Below, piece after piece: positions 27,651-40,812 of a stretch of DNA of 64,000 bases. Position 1 is the first letter of the stretch, and every line of letters starts with the position of its first letter. The notes beneath the pieces were generated by a model. That model was not told where the DNA came from and did no database searches. It saw nothing but the letters and a program-made list of their open reading frames with translations. Origin of the DNA: Eledone cirrhosa (Eukaryota); assembly GCA_964016885.1 (NCBI GenBank), contig OZ024740.1:393328001-393392000 (forward strand). The letters are read 5' to 3'. The position numbers were made by a program, and so were the translations under genes.

Positions 27651-29822
27651 TTAATGCATATTGGTATACACGAGGAACAAATTTTCTTTTAGTCATGCTT
27701 TATTGAAAACACGACTGTGTTCTAGGGTTCTTTTTTCAAAACAAATATACAGATAGCATGCACTAATCACAATAAAAAATCAACACCTGATTGATCACAT
27801 AAAAATCTAATGGTCAAAAATTCAAATTTTGGGGTTAGTGTCTAGCAAATGACATTAACCCTGCTTACTATAAAGAGGCAACAATGATCATCAACACCAT
27901 TTCCACCAGAACATGCAACTACAAAGGTCTAGAAACTGTGATGAATTTGGGAGTTTAATAGCTTTAAACAAACTTCAAGAAAGTGTGAAAAATAAACTTA
28001 GTGGAAAAACTAAAATTAGAAAACATTCATGCTTTTTGATACAACATATGATAATATTTCTGGTAATGTTAGGCAAAATAAGCCCTCTGATAGAAATACA
28101 GATTATAATAATGTAAATAATGAATGTTATATTGCAGATATGGTATGCTATTGCCCTACTCAGAGTTGTCACATCAGAGTCTTCTATTAGAATCTTTGTC
28201 AGCAAGACTGCCATCCATAGCTTTTGTTTTTTAATTATCTTTGTTGTTCCTGACCCAAAATAAATCTGACATAGAAATAGAATATTGAGAGCAGATGATG
28301 CAGTTTCAGCACTTTGGCTTTGCAAACTCTCCTACAGCCTACAATACTTCAAACTTAATTATACATTTATCATGTCACCCTCTTTCAACTGCCATATTTC
28401 AGTGGAGGTTATTGCTTAGCAAGCATATGATTAAAAGCATTCTTATCATGACCACTTCATATTTTTATTAGCCAAACACAATGCATAAGACATTATCTTA
28501 TCCAATGTACCTTTCTATTTTTAAGATGTTAGCGTGCTATATGAAAGAGAATTGGCTGCTATTTCTTTGGGCTCATGTCAGTTTTAGTAGATTTATCAAA
28601 ATATGTTTTAAAGTCTACCCATGATGATCTGCTACTTTTACCATTAAATCCATAAAGTGCTGGCACAAAAGACCCTATGCATTTGCTTAGGGTCAGTAAT
28701 CACATCATGATCCCAGTTAAACATAAATCTTATTGTGGCTTTATTACTAAAGCATGAATCCATCCACTATCTAAGCCCAGAGGATGTCTTCTAACTTGAT
28801 CATTTGTAAAGCTGAACTTTTAACTATCTAATCCTATCTTCTTTTCTAATTACAACTTCAGAATTCCCTCAACTACAGCTTGTGTTGACATAAATCAATT
28901 TATATATGCTACACTTGAGTAGCTAAGTTATTTCAGAACAGAAATAGATAATGGGTGTGTACATGGAAATCTTTATGCTTTTCATTCAACTTTTAGAAAG
29001 AAACAATCATTGCATGCAGCCAAACAATAACTGAGAGATGCCTTGAGACTTAAGGACAGAGGCTGTTGACATTTCACCTCTTGCTTGACCACTGAAAAAT
29101 CAAATACTCGAGCGACATAAAAGTGGGTTTCCAACATAATTCTTTATTATGCAAATTGCTGTTATTTTGTTTCAGTTTATCGATATTGCAATAGCATAAT
29201 AAAAGAAAGAGAAAAAGAAAAAAAAGGAAAAGGAGAAAAGGTTCAAATCTGATTTTCGGAAATCCCCTTGGCTCCTGCTCCATAACCATCTGCATTCCCT
29301 TGGCTATAGCCAGTATTCACCATAATCAATTTATTTATACTTTGCTCCAACAAGTTAACTAAGTTATTAAAGAATACCAATAGATAATAAGCTGGCACAC
29401 AGAAATTTCTATAGCTCTAGCAAGAAACAATCTTTGCATGCAGGCAATAACATAGAAACAACAGTGCCAGCATTATTTATGCGTTGGAAATTGAAGCAGT
29501 AATTGGGTCTTTTTGTAAACTTTTCCACTTGGCCGATTATGCAAAGAGGCACTACCATGAAATTGACTGCCTTCTAGAGTATTAAAATTGTGGAGAAAGA
29601 AATATTAGGAACAACTACAAAAACAACAACAGCAGAAGTAACAACATCAACTATGTAAATATAAAAGAGAAAAGAAAATCTCCATCAATACATCCAGTTG
29701 TGTTGTATTTAGTTTAATACATTCAATAAAATTTCATAAGAGTATTGGGAAGAATTTCTTGATTTAATATTGATTTTTATAAGCACATTTTGCATATAAG
29801 TGTGTGTGTGTGTATATATATG

Positions 29823-29892
<70 letters not shown>

Positions 29893-29900
29893 AATATATA

Positions 29901-30683
29901 TGCATAAACGAACTAAGGAAAAAATTAGAAATAAGAGGGATCAGATGTTGTTTACTCGAGAGAATGCTACGTTGGTACGGTCACGTGATGCGCATGAAAG
30001 ACAACAGCTGTATAACAAAGTGCAGGGCAATAAAGATAGACGGTAGCCACGGAGTAGGCAGACCCAGAAAAACATGGGACGAGCTGATAAATTCCGACCT
30101 CACACGCTTACACCTCTCCAAGACAATGTCACTGGACCGAGACCTTTGGCGGTACTCAGTAATAGAGAAGACCCGCCTTACCTAAATACATAGTAAAACC
30201 TACTACAGCCAGTAGGCATCTCTAACAGAATACACCCCCGTCCCACCACCCACACCCCATCCACACCATCCCCTCCTATGTAAAGTTATGTTGGTGCCAC
30301 AACATCCAGGCCGAAACAAATGAGATCGTGTAGGTGTCACGACAAAAAACACACAGTCCACGCTGTTATGTAGCCGTGTAGGCAACACGGTAAAAACCTC
30401 CCAGCCCCACACTGTAAATGTGGTTGGTGTTAGGAAGGGCATCCAGCTGTAGAAAACCCGCCAGACAGTCCACGCTGTAATGTGGCCGTGTAGGCAACAC
30501 GGTAAAAACCTCCCAGCCCCACACTGTAAATGTGGTTGGTGTTAGGAAGGGCATCCAACTGTAGAAAACCTGCCAGACAGTCCTATGCGAGCAAGACAAC
30601 CACTCTTGCCTCAAGTGGGAAAACCCCCGTCCAAACCCATGCAAGCGTGGAACACGGACGCTAAACCTGATGATGATGATGAT
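29901..30683 (+). mobile_element. RTE family A 3' fragment with duplicated UTR segment
   Basis: Coding part ends EKTRLT at 30185; internal UTR duplication; (GAT)n tail. Confidence 0.95.
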
Positions 30684-30739
30684 ATATATATAAATATATA
30701 TATATATATAAATATATATATATATAAATATATAAATAT

Positions 30740-30774
<35 letters not shown>

Positions 30775-30810
30775 AATATAAATATATATATATATATGAA
30801 TATAAATATA

Positions 30811-32967
30811 AACGTAGAAGAGAACTGGGAGTTCCTAAAAAATAACTTACTAGAGGCGACGGATAAGGTTTGTGGCTGGAGTAAGACCTCAAGCAGGAGG
30901 AGAGTGACTTGGTGGTGGAACAATAAGGTAGATGAAGCAGTCAAGGCCAAGAAACAGGCATGGAAAGAATGGAAGAACGGGGGGAGCAGGGTACATTACA
31001 TAGAGACCAAGAGGGAAGCTAGGCGACAAGTATACTTAGCTAGGAGGGAAGCAGAGGATAGAAAATTCAAGCATGTTTTACAACGTGAGGACCAGAAACA
31101 GGAGGTATTCAAGATTGCGAGGCAGTGTGTCAGAGATAGTTGTGATGTCATTGGAGAGAAGTGTATCCGGAATGATAAAGGTGAGCTTGCCCTCACAAGT
31201 GCTGAGAAGAAAGATGCATGGAAGAGTCATTATGATAGATTACTAAATGAGGAGAATGCATGGGAAGAAGAGACCCTACCCCACGTAGACCCTATAGAGG
31301 GACCAGCAGTACAAGTCAGCGGCAGCGTAGTAAGTAAGGCAATCAGAGATATGAAGATAGGGAAGGCAACCGGTCCATCGGGTATAGCTGCCGAGATGCT
31401 GAAGGCATCTGGGTTTGTAGGTCACACTATAACCACACGTATTGTTAACCAGGTAATACTAGAGGGGGCCATACCAAAAGATTGGTGCAGTAGCATCATT
31501 GTCAACTGCTACAAAGGTAAAGGCGATGCACTAGATAGAGGAAACTATAGAGGTATAAAGTTGATGGATCAGGTCATGAAAGTAACAGAAAGAGTTATAG
31601 CACAGCTGATTAGGGACCGGGTGAATATAGACGAGATGCAATTTGGGTTTGTACCAGGGAAAGGCACCACTGATGCCCTCTTCCTTGTGAGGCAATTACA
31701 GGAAAAGTACCTAGCTAAAAGTAAGCCACTCTACGTGGCATTTGTCGACCTTGAGAAAGCCTTTGACAGAGTTCCACGTGCAGTAATCTGGTGGGCTCTT
31801 AGAAAACTAGGAGTAGATGAATGGCTTGTGAAAGCGGTACAAGCCATGTATAGGGGAGAAGTCAGCAAAGTTAGGATTAGCAATGAGTATAGCGAGGAAT
31901 TTAGCGTACAGGTTGGGGTCCACCAGGGCTCTGTTCTTAGCCCTCTCCTGTTCATCATAGTCCTGCAGGCAATAACGGAGGAGTTTAAGACCGGATGCCC
32001 ATGGGAACTCCTGTATGCTGATGACCTCGCACTCATAGCTGAATCTATGGTAGAACTAGAGAATAAATTCCAAACCTGGAAGCAGGGACTAGAGAGAAAG
32101 GGCCTCAAAGTCAACATGACAAAGACTAAGGTCCTTATAAGTAGACGAGAAAACAGAACCCAGATCCCCTCAGGGAAATGGCCTTGCTCAGTATGTAGGA
32201 AAGGTGTAGGTAGGAACTCCATTCTCTGCCCCAAATGCAAACAATGGGTACACAAGAGATGTAGCGGGATCTCAGGAAGCTTAATTAAGAATGTAGGATT
32301 CACATGCAGCAGCTGTGCTGAAACAGCAAGCAAACAGCCACAGGAAACAAGTACCACCAATCTCTGGGAGGGCCCTGTAGAAACAGTAGACAGCTTCTGC
32401 TACCTAGGTGACCGAATTAGCAACGGAGGTGGGTGCTCAGAAAGTACAATAACTAGGGTAAGAACGGGATGGAAGAAGTTTAGGGAACTACTACCACTGC
32501 TAGCTGCAAAAGGCTTCTCCTTCAGAATGAAAGGCAGACTGTATGATGCGTGTATCCGAACAGCGATGTTGCATGGTAGTGAGACCTGGGCGCTGAAGGT
32601 GGAAGACTTACGTAGATTAGAGAGAAACGAAGCCTGTATGCGCCGATGGATGTGTAACAGTAATATACGTGAACGACAATACATAAAGGAATTGAGAGAG
32701 AGACTGAGCATAAGAGGAATCAAATGCTGCGTGCAGGAGAGGCGGTTACGCTGGTATGGACATGTGATGCGTATGAAGGATGACAGCTGCATAAAAAGGT
32801 GCAGAGCACTAGAAGTTGATGGAAACCGCGGAGTGGGGAGACCAAAGATGACTTGGGATGAGGTGATAAAAGCCGACCTTACCCAACTACACCTCTCAAA
32901 GTCAATGACACACGACTGGCGTCACGCAGTAATACAGGGTACCCGACCTCCCATGGGTACATGTTGA
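30811..32967 (+). CDS. RTE reverse transcriptase (open frame, lacks endonuclease and native start)
   Basis: [35 protein letters not shown]-like insert, FCYLG, WYGHV. Confidence 0.9.
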   Translation, partial: NVEENWEFLKNNLLEATDKVCGWSKTSSRRRVTWWWNNKVDEAVKAKKQAWKEWKNGGSRVHYIETKREARRQVYLARREAEDRKFKHVLQREDQKQEVFKIARQCVRDSCDVIGEKCIRNDKGELALTSAEKKDAWKSHYDRLLNEENAWEEETLPHVDPIEGPAVQVSGSVVSKAIRDMKIGKATGPSGIAAEMLKASGFVGHTITTRIVNQVILEGAIPKDWCSSIIVNCYKGKGDALDRGNYRGIKLMDQVMKVTERVIAQLIRDRVNIDEMQFGFVPGKGTTDALFLVRQLQEKYLAKSKPLYVAFVDLEKAFDRVPRAVIWWALRKLGVDEWLVKAVQAMYRGEVSKVRISNEYSEEFSVQVGVHQGSVLSPLLFIIVLQAITEEFKTGCPWELLYADDLALIAESMVELENKFQTWKQGLERKGLKVNMTKTKVLISRRENRTQIPSGKWPCSVCRKGVGRNSILCPKCKQWVHKRCSGISGSLIKNVGFTCSSCAETASKQPQETSTTNLWEGPVETVDSFCYLGDRISNGGGCSESTITRVRTGWKKFRELLPLLAAKGFSFRMKGRLYDACIRTAMLHGSETWALKVEDLRRLERNEACMRRWMCNSNIRERQYIKELRERLSIRGIKCCVQERRLRWYGHVMRMKDDSCIKRCRALEVDGNRGVGRPKMTWDEVIKADLTQLHLSKSMTHDWRHAVIQGTRPPMGTC

Positions 32968-33272
32968 AGCATATAAACAATATGCCCCCACTCCCCCCAC
33001 CGCAAGGTGGTCGTGGAGGTGCCACGGCAAAAAAGCACCCAGCCCACACTGTAAAGTGGACGTGTAGGCGCCGCGAAAAAGCACCCATCACTCACTGTAA
33101 ATGAGGTTGGTGTTAGGAAGGGCATCCAGCTGTAGAAATCAAGCCAGATCAGTTCCTGTATGAGCAAGGCATGGTCAGCCGACTAGACACTGCCCACAAC
33201 AGGACAACCCGTCTAACCCATGCTAGCGTGGAAGAACGGACGTAAAACGGTGATGATGATGATGATGATGAT
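30811..33272 (+). mobile_element. RTE family B, 5'-truncated
   Basis: Uninterrupted ~720-aa RT frame, UTR, (GAT)n tail, (TA)n flanks. Confidence 0.97.
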
Positions 33273-33301
33273 ATATATATATGAATATATATATATATAT
33301 A

Positions 33302-33361
<60 letters not shown>

Positions 33362-33404
33362 AATATATATATATATATGAATATATATATATATATGAAT
33401 ATAT

Positions 33405-33526
33405 ATTATTTCTGAAGACGGCGTATATATGTGTTGGTATGTATATTTAATCTTGATAGTTTGTATAATTTTGTATAATTTTGTACATAGATCTGTTGAA
33501 TATGCATGCCAATTCTAACATATATA
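33405..33526 (+). mobile_element. Fragment of the Naiad-type PLE 3' end (5' half of long-stem HHR)
   Basis: Near identical to 44050-44160 and to the reverse of 50480-50606. Confidence 0.85.
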
Positions 33527-33541
33527 TGAATATATATATAT

Positions 33542-33575
<34 letters not shown>

Positions 33576-33594
33576 GAATATATATATATATATG

Positions 33595-33717
<123 letters not shown>

Positions 33718-33768
33718 GAATATATATATATATATATGAATATATATATATATATATGAATATATATA

Positions 33769-33808
<40 letters not shown>

Positions 33809-33821
33809 TATATATATATAT

Positions 33822-34370
33822 ATCATCATCATCATCAACGTTTAACGTCCGTGTTCCATAGGACTGTCTGGCAGGTTTTCTACAGTTGGATGCCCTTCCT
33901 AACACCAACCACATTTACAGTGTGGGTCTGGGAGGTTTTTACCGTGTTGCCTACACGGCCACATTACAGCATGGACTGTGTGTTTTTTTGTCGTGACACC
34001 TACACGATCTCATTTGTTTCGGCCTGGATGGCGCGGCACCAACATAACTTTACATAAAACGGGGTGGTGTGGGGGTGGTGGCGGGACGGGGTGTATTTTG
34101 TTAGAGATGCCTACTGGCAAGGCGGGTCTTCTCTGTTACTGAGTACCGCCAAAGGTCTCGGTCCAGTGACATTGTCTTGGAGAGGTGTAAGTGTATGAGG
34201 TCGGAGTTTATCAGCTCATCCCATGTTTTTCTAGGTCTGCCTATTCCGTGGCTACCATCTATCTTTATTGCCCTGCACTTTGTTATACAGCTATCGACTT
34301 TCATGCGCATCACGTGTCCATACCAACGCAGCCTTCTCTCGAGTAAACAACATCTGATCCCTCTTATCTC
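33822..34370 (-). mobile_element. RTE family A 3' fragment
   Basis: IRGIRCC..EKTRLA; UTR with deletions; (GAT)n tail. Confidence 0.93.
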
Positions 34371-34395
34371 TCTCTCTATATATATATATATAAAG

Positions 34396-34750
34396 AAAAA
34401 GGGATGAAATCGAAAATGCAACTGAAGTCTTATTTTTTTTTAAAATATATATATTTATTTGGTTCCTTTACCGGTTTCGCAGTTCTTCTGCTTTTCAAAA
34501 GGTGAGTTGAGATGGAGGGTCTGTGGTTTTTCTCACAGATGTGAGAAAAACCACAGACACTCCATCTCAACTCACCTTTTGAAAAGCAGAAGAACTGCGA
34601 AACCGGTAAAGGAACCAAATAAATATATATATTTTAAAAAAAAATAAGACTTCAGTTGCATTTTCGATTTCATCCCTTTTTGTTTAGACTTCCACTCGTG
34701 TAGGACACCTCGGTTATTTTTCATTTTGTAAAAAAAACCTCACTTTCTAA
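34396..34750. mobile_element. Fold-back (palindromic) HHR-bearing mini element
   Basis: Near-perfect palindrome 34396-34681 centred near 34538, with a ~70-bp unique right extension; in (TA)n. Confidence 0.85.
34575..34612 (+). ncRNA. Minimal type I HHR with U3-A8 core (mirror copy at ~34465-34502 on minus)
   Basis: CCTT-TTGAAAA-GCAG AAGAA CTGC-GAAA-CCGG-TA-AAGG. Confidence 0.75.
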
Positions 34751-34755
34751 TATAT

Positions 34756-34816
<61 letters not shown>

Positions 34817-35049
34817 TGTAATAAACAACATAAGGCAATTATTTCATTTACCAGTGGTTTCATAAAAGCAAAAAAATTTTGCTTTCAATCATCAGAATGA
34901 AAAAATCCTGATGTATTTATTGACGTTGGATTTTAAAAACAAAAATGCAATCTATATGAAAATGAGGCTGGAAAAGGAAGAAGGAAAGGAAAAATAAAAT
35001 AAAAACACACATGCAAACACACACACACACACACACAATTATATACATA

Positions 35050-35080
<31 letters not shown>

Positions 35081-35297
35081 ACACACATACATACACACAC
35101 ACATATACACACAGACACACATATATATGTGTATATATATATACATAAACAGACATATACACAAACATGTTTGTGTATATGTATGTGTATGTATATATAT
35201 ACACATATATATGTGTGTGTGTATATGTATGTGTGTATGTATATATATATATATATATTCATATATATATATATATATATATATTCATATATATATA

Positions 35298-35427
35298 TCA
35301 TCATCATCATCAACGGTTAACGTCCGTGTTCCACGCTTGCATTAGTTTGGACGGGGGTTTTCCTACTTGAGGCAAGAGTGATTGTCTTGCTCGCATAGGA
35401 CTGTCTGGCGGGTTTTATACAGCTGTA
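35298..35427 (-). mobile_element. RTE family A extreme 3' end
   Basis: UTR homology and (GAT)n tail. Confidence 0.88.
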
Positions 35428-35444
35428 TATATCATTTTCATTTC

Positions 35445-35772
35445 ATTTCATTTTACGTCCGCTTTTTCCCTGCTTGCGATGGTGGGACGGGAACTGATTT
35501 TGGCTTGATTTCTACAGCTTGATGCCCTTCCTAACACCAACCTCATTTACAGTGAGTGCTGGGTGGTTTTTTGCCGTGGCACCTCCACGACCACTTTGCA
35601 GTGGAATGATAGGGACCCCTGTCCTATCATCTCATTTCTACAGCTGAGTAAACTGGAGCAATGTGAAATAAAGTCTCTTGCTCAAGGAAACAACACATCA
35701 CCCGGTCTGAGAATTAAACTCACAACCTTTCGATTGCAAGGCCAATGCTCTAACCACTAAGCCATATGCCTC
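35445..35772 (-). mobile_element. tRNA-derived SINE with RTE tail
   Basis: Homologous to 627-1016. Confidence 0.85.
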
Positions 35773-35785
35773 CATTATATATATA

Positions 35786-35861
<76 letters not shown>

Positions 35862-35893
35862 CATATATTTATATATGTATATATGTATATATT

Positions 35894-35924
<31 letters not shown>

Positions 35925-36000
35925 ATATTTATATATGTATATATTTATATATATATATATTTATATATATATATATTTATATATGTATAGGTTGTAATAT

Positions 36001-36188
36001 AATTGTTTCTACTTTTGGCACAAGGGCAGCAATTACCCAGTACATTACTGTTACTTTATTTTATCGACCCCGTAAGGATGAAAGGCAAAGTTGACCTCGT
36101 CGGGATTTGAACTCAGATCATAAAGGGACGTAACTATGCTGGAAAGCATGTCCGAGCCTCTACCGATACTGCCAATTCACCGCCCTTT
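36001..36188 (-). mobile_element. tRNA-derived SINE
   Basis: Homologous to 22081-22268. Confidence 0.88.
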
Positions 36189-36318
36189 GTGCGAAATTTC
36201 ATACATACATACTTACATTTCATACATACATACTTACTTACATACATACATACTTACATTTATATATGTATATATTTATATATATATATATTTATATATA
36301 TATATTTATATATATATT

Positions 36319-36350
<32 letters not shown>

Positions 36351-36544
36351 TATATATATATATATTTATATATATATATTTATATATATATATTTATATA
36401 TATTTATATATATATTTATATGTAAGTATGTGTGTATACATACATACTTACTTTCATACATACATACTTACATTTATATATGTATATATTTATATATATA
36501 TATATTTATATATATATATTTATATATATATTTATATATATATA

Positions 36545-36585
<41 letters not shown>

Positions 36586-36586
36586 T

Positions 36587-36623
<37 letters not shown>

Positions 36624-36864
36624 ATATTTATATGTAAGTATGTGTGTATACGTACATACATATATGTATACAGACGTACAGTAGCATGCATATATATATA
36701 TATATATACATACAGGTACACATACATATATGCACGTATCAGTTTAGCGGACGCTTATTATAACGCCGCTTTGTTCGTTTGTAAACGAACTGAAAAGCCT
36801 GAATTTTTATGCCGTACGGTGTTAAGGCAACCACGTCACTTTTTTGTTCAACACTGACACAGGA

Positions 36865-36907
36865 ACGATGTACTAGTTTCAAGCTTGTTAGCTATCATCA
36901 GCACCGT
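36865..36907 (-). ncRNA. Type I HHR
   Basis: Minus strand: ACGGTG-CTGATGA-TAGCT AACA AGCTT-GAAA-CTAG-TA-CATCGT. Confidence 0.85.
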
Positions 36908-37147
36908 ATACCCATCTGCCAGATAGTTGAACGTTCGAAAGTATATACTTTCCTTATGAAAATTAACGGCTGAGCAGCCTAATTTGCATATCGAGTGAGC
37001 TAAGTCGGTCAGGCATACCGAAAACGATAAGTTGAAATAAAATGAAAACGAAATTTCATTTCTCACTCTTAGTACGGCACTTACTTAAATGTAAGTATGT
37101 GTGTATACGTACATACATATATGTATACAGACGTACAGTAGCATGCA

Positions 37148-37203
<56 letters not shown>

Positions 37204-37300
37204 CAGGTACACATACATATATGCACGTATCAGTTTAGCGGACGCTTATTATAACGCCGCTTTGTTCGTTTGTAAACAAACTGAACAGCCTGAAGGGTAT

Positions 37301-37343
37301 ACGGTGCTGATGATAGCTAACAAGCTTGAAACTAGTACATCGT
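37301..37343 (+). ncRNA. Type I HHR
   Basis: ACGGTG-CTGATGA-TAGCTAACAAGCTT-GAAA-CTAG-TA-CATCGT. Confidence 0.85.
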
Positions 37344-37657
37344 TCCTGTGTCAGTGTTGAACAAAAAGGTGACGTGGTTGCCTTAACACCGTACGGCATA
37401 AATTCAGGCTGTTCAGTTTGTTTACAAACGAACAAAGCGGCGTTATAATAAGCGTCCGCTAAACTGATGCGTGCATATATGTATGTGTACCTGTATGTAT
37501 ATATATATATATATGCATGCTACTGTACGTCTGTATACATATATGTATGTACGTATACATACATACTTACATTTAAGTAAGTGCCGTACTAAGAGTGAGA
37601 AATGAAATTTCGTTTTCATTTTATTTCAACTTATATATTTATATATATATTTATATA

Positions 37658-37729
<72 letters not shown>

Positions 37730-37747
37730 TATACATATATATATATT

Positions 37748-37783
<36 letters not shown>

Positions 37784-37801
37784 TATACATATATATATAT
37801 T

Positions 37802-37832
<31 letters not shown>

Positions 37833-38032
37833 TTATATATATATATATTTATATGTAAGTATGTATGTATACGTACATACATATATGTATACAGACGTAC
37901 AGTAGCATGCATATATATATATATATATATACATACAGGTACACATAAATATATGCACGTATCAGTTTAGCGGACGCTGATTATAACGCCGCTTTGTTCG
38001 TTTGTAAACAAACTGAACAGCCTGAAGGGTAT

Positions 38033-38075
38033 ACGGTGCTGATGATAGCTAACAAGCTTGAAACTAGTACACCGT
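38033..38075 (+). ncRNA. Type I HHR
   Basis: Same motif with a perfect stem I (ACGGTG/CACCGT). Confidence 0.85.
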
Positions 38076-39676
38076 TCCTGTGTCAGTGTTGAACAAAAAG
38101 GTGACGTGGTTGCCTTAACACCTAAATACAGAATTAACGAAAGGTTGTAACTGTAGAAACAAAGCAAACTGCCCATTAAAAGGAAATTGTCTTGTTAACA
38201 ACATAGTTTATAAATGTAAAGTTAAAACTAAAGATTCTATTTGCTCATATATAGGAGCTACTTCTAACAATTTTAAGGTAAGGTTTAATACCCACAAACA
38301 TAGTTTTAAAAATGCCGCACTGGCTAATACAACATCTCTAGCAGAAAAAATTAATAGTTATAGAAATAAGAATATAGAATATGATATGACCTGGAGTGTG
38401 CTCAAAAGAGCCACCCCTTATCAAAATAATAGAAATGAATGTAGATTGTGTTCCCAAGAACTATTTGAAATAATGAAATCTAAGGATATCCTATTAAATA
38501 AGCGACAGGAATTAATTATATCGTGTAATCATAAACTGAGAAAAACATTTAAATATTATAAACCTAATTAATAATATATATTTTAGAAATTAATATATAA
38601 ATTAATTTAAATGTAGTTAACCTATAATTTAATTTAATTAAAATTCTACTACAGATGAAATTAAAAAATATCGTATAATCATAAACTGTGAAAAACTTTT
38701 AAATATTATTAACATAATTAATATATACTTTGGAAATTAATATATAGATTAATTTTAGTTTATTTAACCTTTTATTAAAATTCCTTTACATATGAAATAT
38801 AACAAAATATCGTGTAATTAATAACAGAGAAATACTTTTTAATATTATAAACCTAATTAATATACAATTTAGAAATTAATTTTAATTTAGTTAACCTATA
38901 ATTTTAATTTAGTTAGCTTAAAATTAAAATTCTAATACAGATGGATTGCAGAATATCGTGTAATCATAAACTGAGAAAAACTCTTAAATATATACCTAAT
39001 TAATATATTCTTTACAAATAAATATATAGATTAATTTTAATTTAGTTAACCTATAATTATATTCTACTATAGATAAAATACAAAATTTTGCTTTAATTAT
39101 TATAAACCTAATTAACATATACTATAGAAATTAATATATAATTTTTAATTTAGTTAACCTATAATTAATATTCTACTACCAATGAAATACTTAATTTGGC
39201 TTTCCCTATTACAAAATTCATTTCCTAAAATTGATACCATCATGTTAATAATTTTAATTTAGTTATGCTATAATTAATACTCTACTACTGTTTAACTTCA
39301 AAATTCCGCTTTATAAACCTAAGTAGTATACACCTTAGAAATTAATATATTAACTATTTTTACTTTAATTAACCTATAATTAATAGTCTACTTATATTAA
39401 AATACATAATTTAGCCTTCTTTCTTACAAATAACATTTCCTAATACTGACACTACTATGTAAACACATATTATGATTTAACTGCAGATTAATATTCTATG
39501 TTCCTTGAAACCTATATTTACTATTTCCCACTAATAATTTTAATCCCCCCCCCCCAATAATTATTCGTATTTATAAGCGTGGATGTATGTATGTGTATGT
39601 AAGTGTGCATGTATGTTTGTGTGTTTGTATGTGAGTATAAAAATACATATGTGCGCATGTAAATATGTGTGTATGA

Positions 39677-39736
<60 letters not shown>

Positions 39737-39825
39737 GTGTATGTATGTATGTGTATGTATTTGTAGAGATGTGTGTATGTATGTGTATATATGTGCATAA
39801 GTGTCTGACTGTGTGTATTTATTTT

Positions 39826-39900
<75 letters not shown>

Positions 39901-40640
39901 AGTGTAATTTTCTACACAAAACGAAGGTTATAGAGAAAATTGAGGTTGGTAATGGCACATGGAATATATAAGAGACAGAATACTTTTTTGTGAAAAAACA
40001 TAATTTTATAAGGTAAGGAAATAATAAAGGGTATAAAAAATGACCGGTTTCGATGGGTCTGCAAAAGCCATCTTTTCAAATGTTGATTAATATTAAGAAA
40101 AATTAATAATACGAAGAGTTAAAATTTGAGACTTGAAAATTCAAGTATAAAATTCATTGTGGGATTTCATAGCAGTTTTCATCTAGGTAGCAACAACAGG
40201 TTGACTGCTGTGTCCCTTTCTGGTAGTGAATGAGAAGTTATTTGGGGTGTGGGTTATTTTGTAAAGGTCAGATTTAGCAATCGCCAGCTGCTGGTCAGTG
40301 AGGGGGTGGAAGCAATATACACACACATATCTTCCTGTGATGGGTAGGAGAGTGGAGCGTGATAGAAAAGGATTTAGTGCACTTACACCTATATATACAC
40401 ACATACCTTCATCCACACATACATACATATACATATACATATATATATATATATATATATACATATACACACATACATACACACACACATACATACATAT
40501 ACATACACACATACACACACACACACATATATATACACATACACACACACACATATATATACACATACACACACACACATATATATACATACACATACAT
40601 CCAGATACACACATACACACACACACACACATATATATAT

Positions 40641-40692
<52 letters not shown>

Positions 40693-40777
40693 CCACACAT
40701 ACATACACACACACATATATATATACATACACACATACAAACATCCACACACACATATATATACACACATACACACA

Positions 40778-40812
<35 letters not shown>

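Larger units (their letters stand above)
36634..38121. mobile_element. Array of ~457-bp non-coding HHR-bearing units (tandem and inverted)
   Basis: Unit restarts at 36634 and 37091; polarity switches at ~37295 and ~38026; three HHR copies. Confidence 0.85.

Noticed and set aside
11120-29780. Host gene exons in the less repetitive middle region
   Set aside because: No ORF or splice pattern with recognisable protein similarity; small exons cannot be excluded without RNA-seq
31731-32792. Recurrent antisense ORFs over RTE copies
   Set aside because: Shadows of the RT frame, repeated only because the element is repeated
34430-34647. Twin 62-aa ORFs on opposite strands
   Set aside because: A consequence of the palindrome
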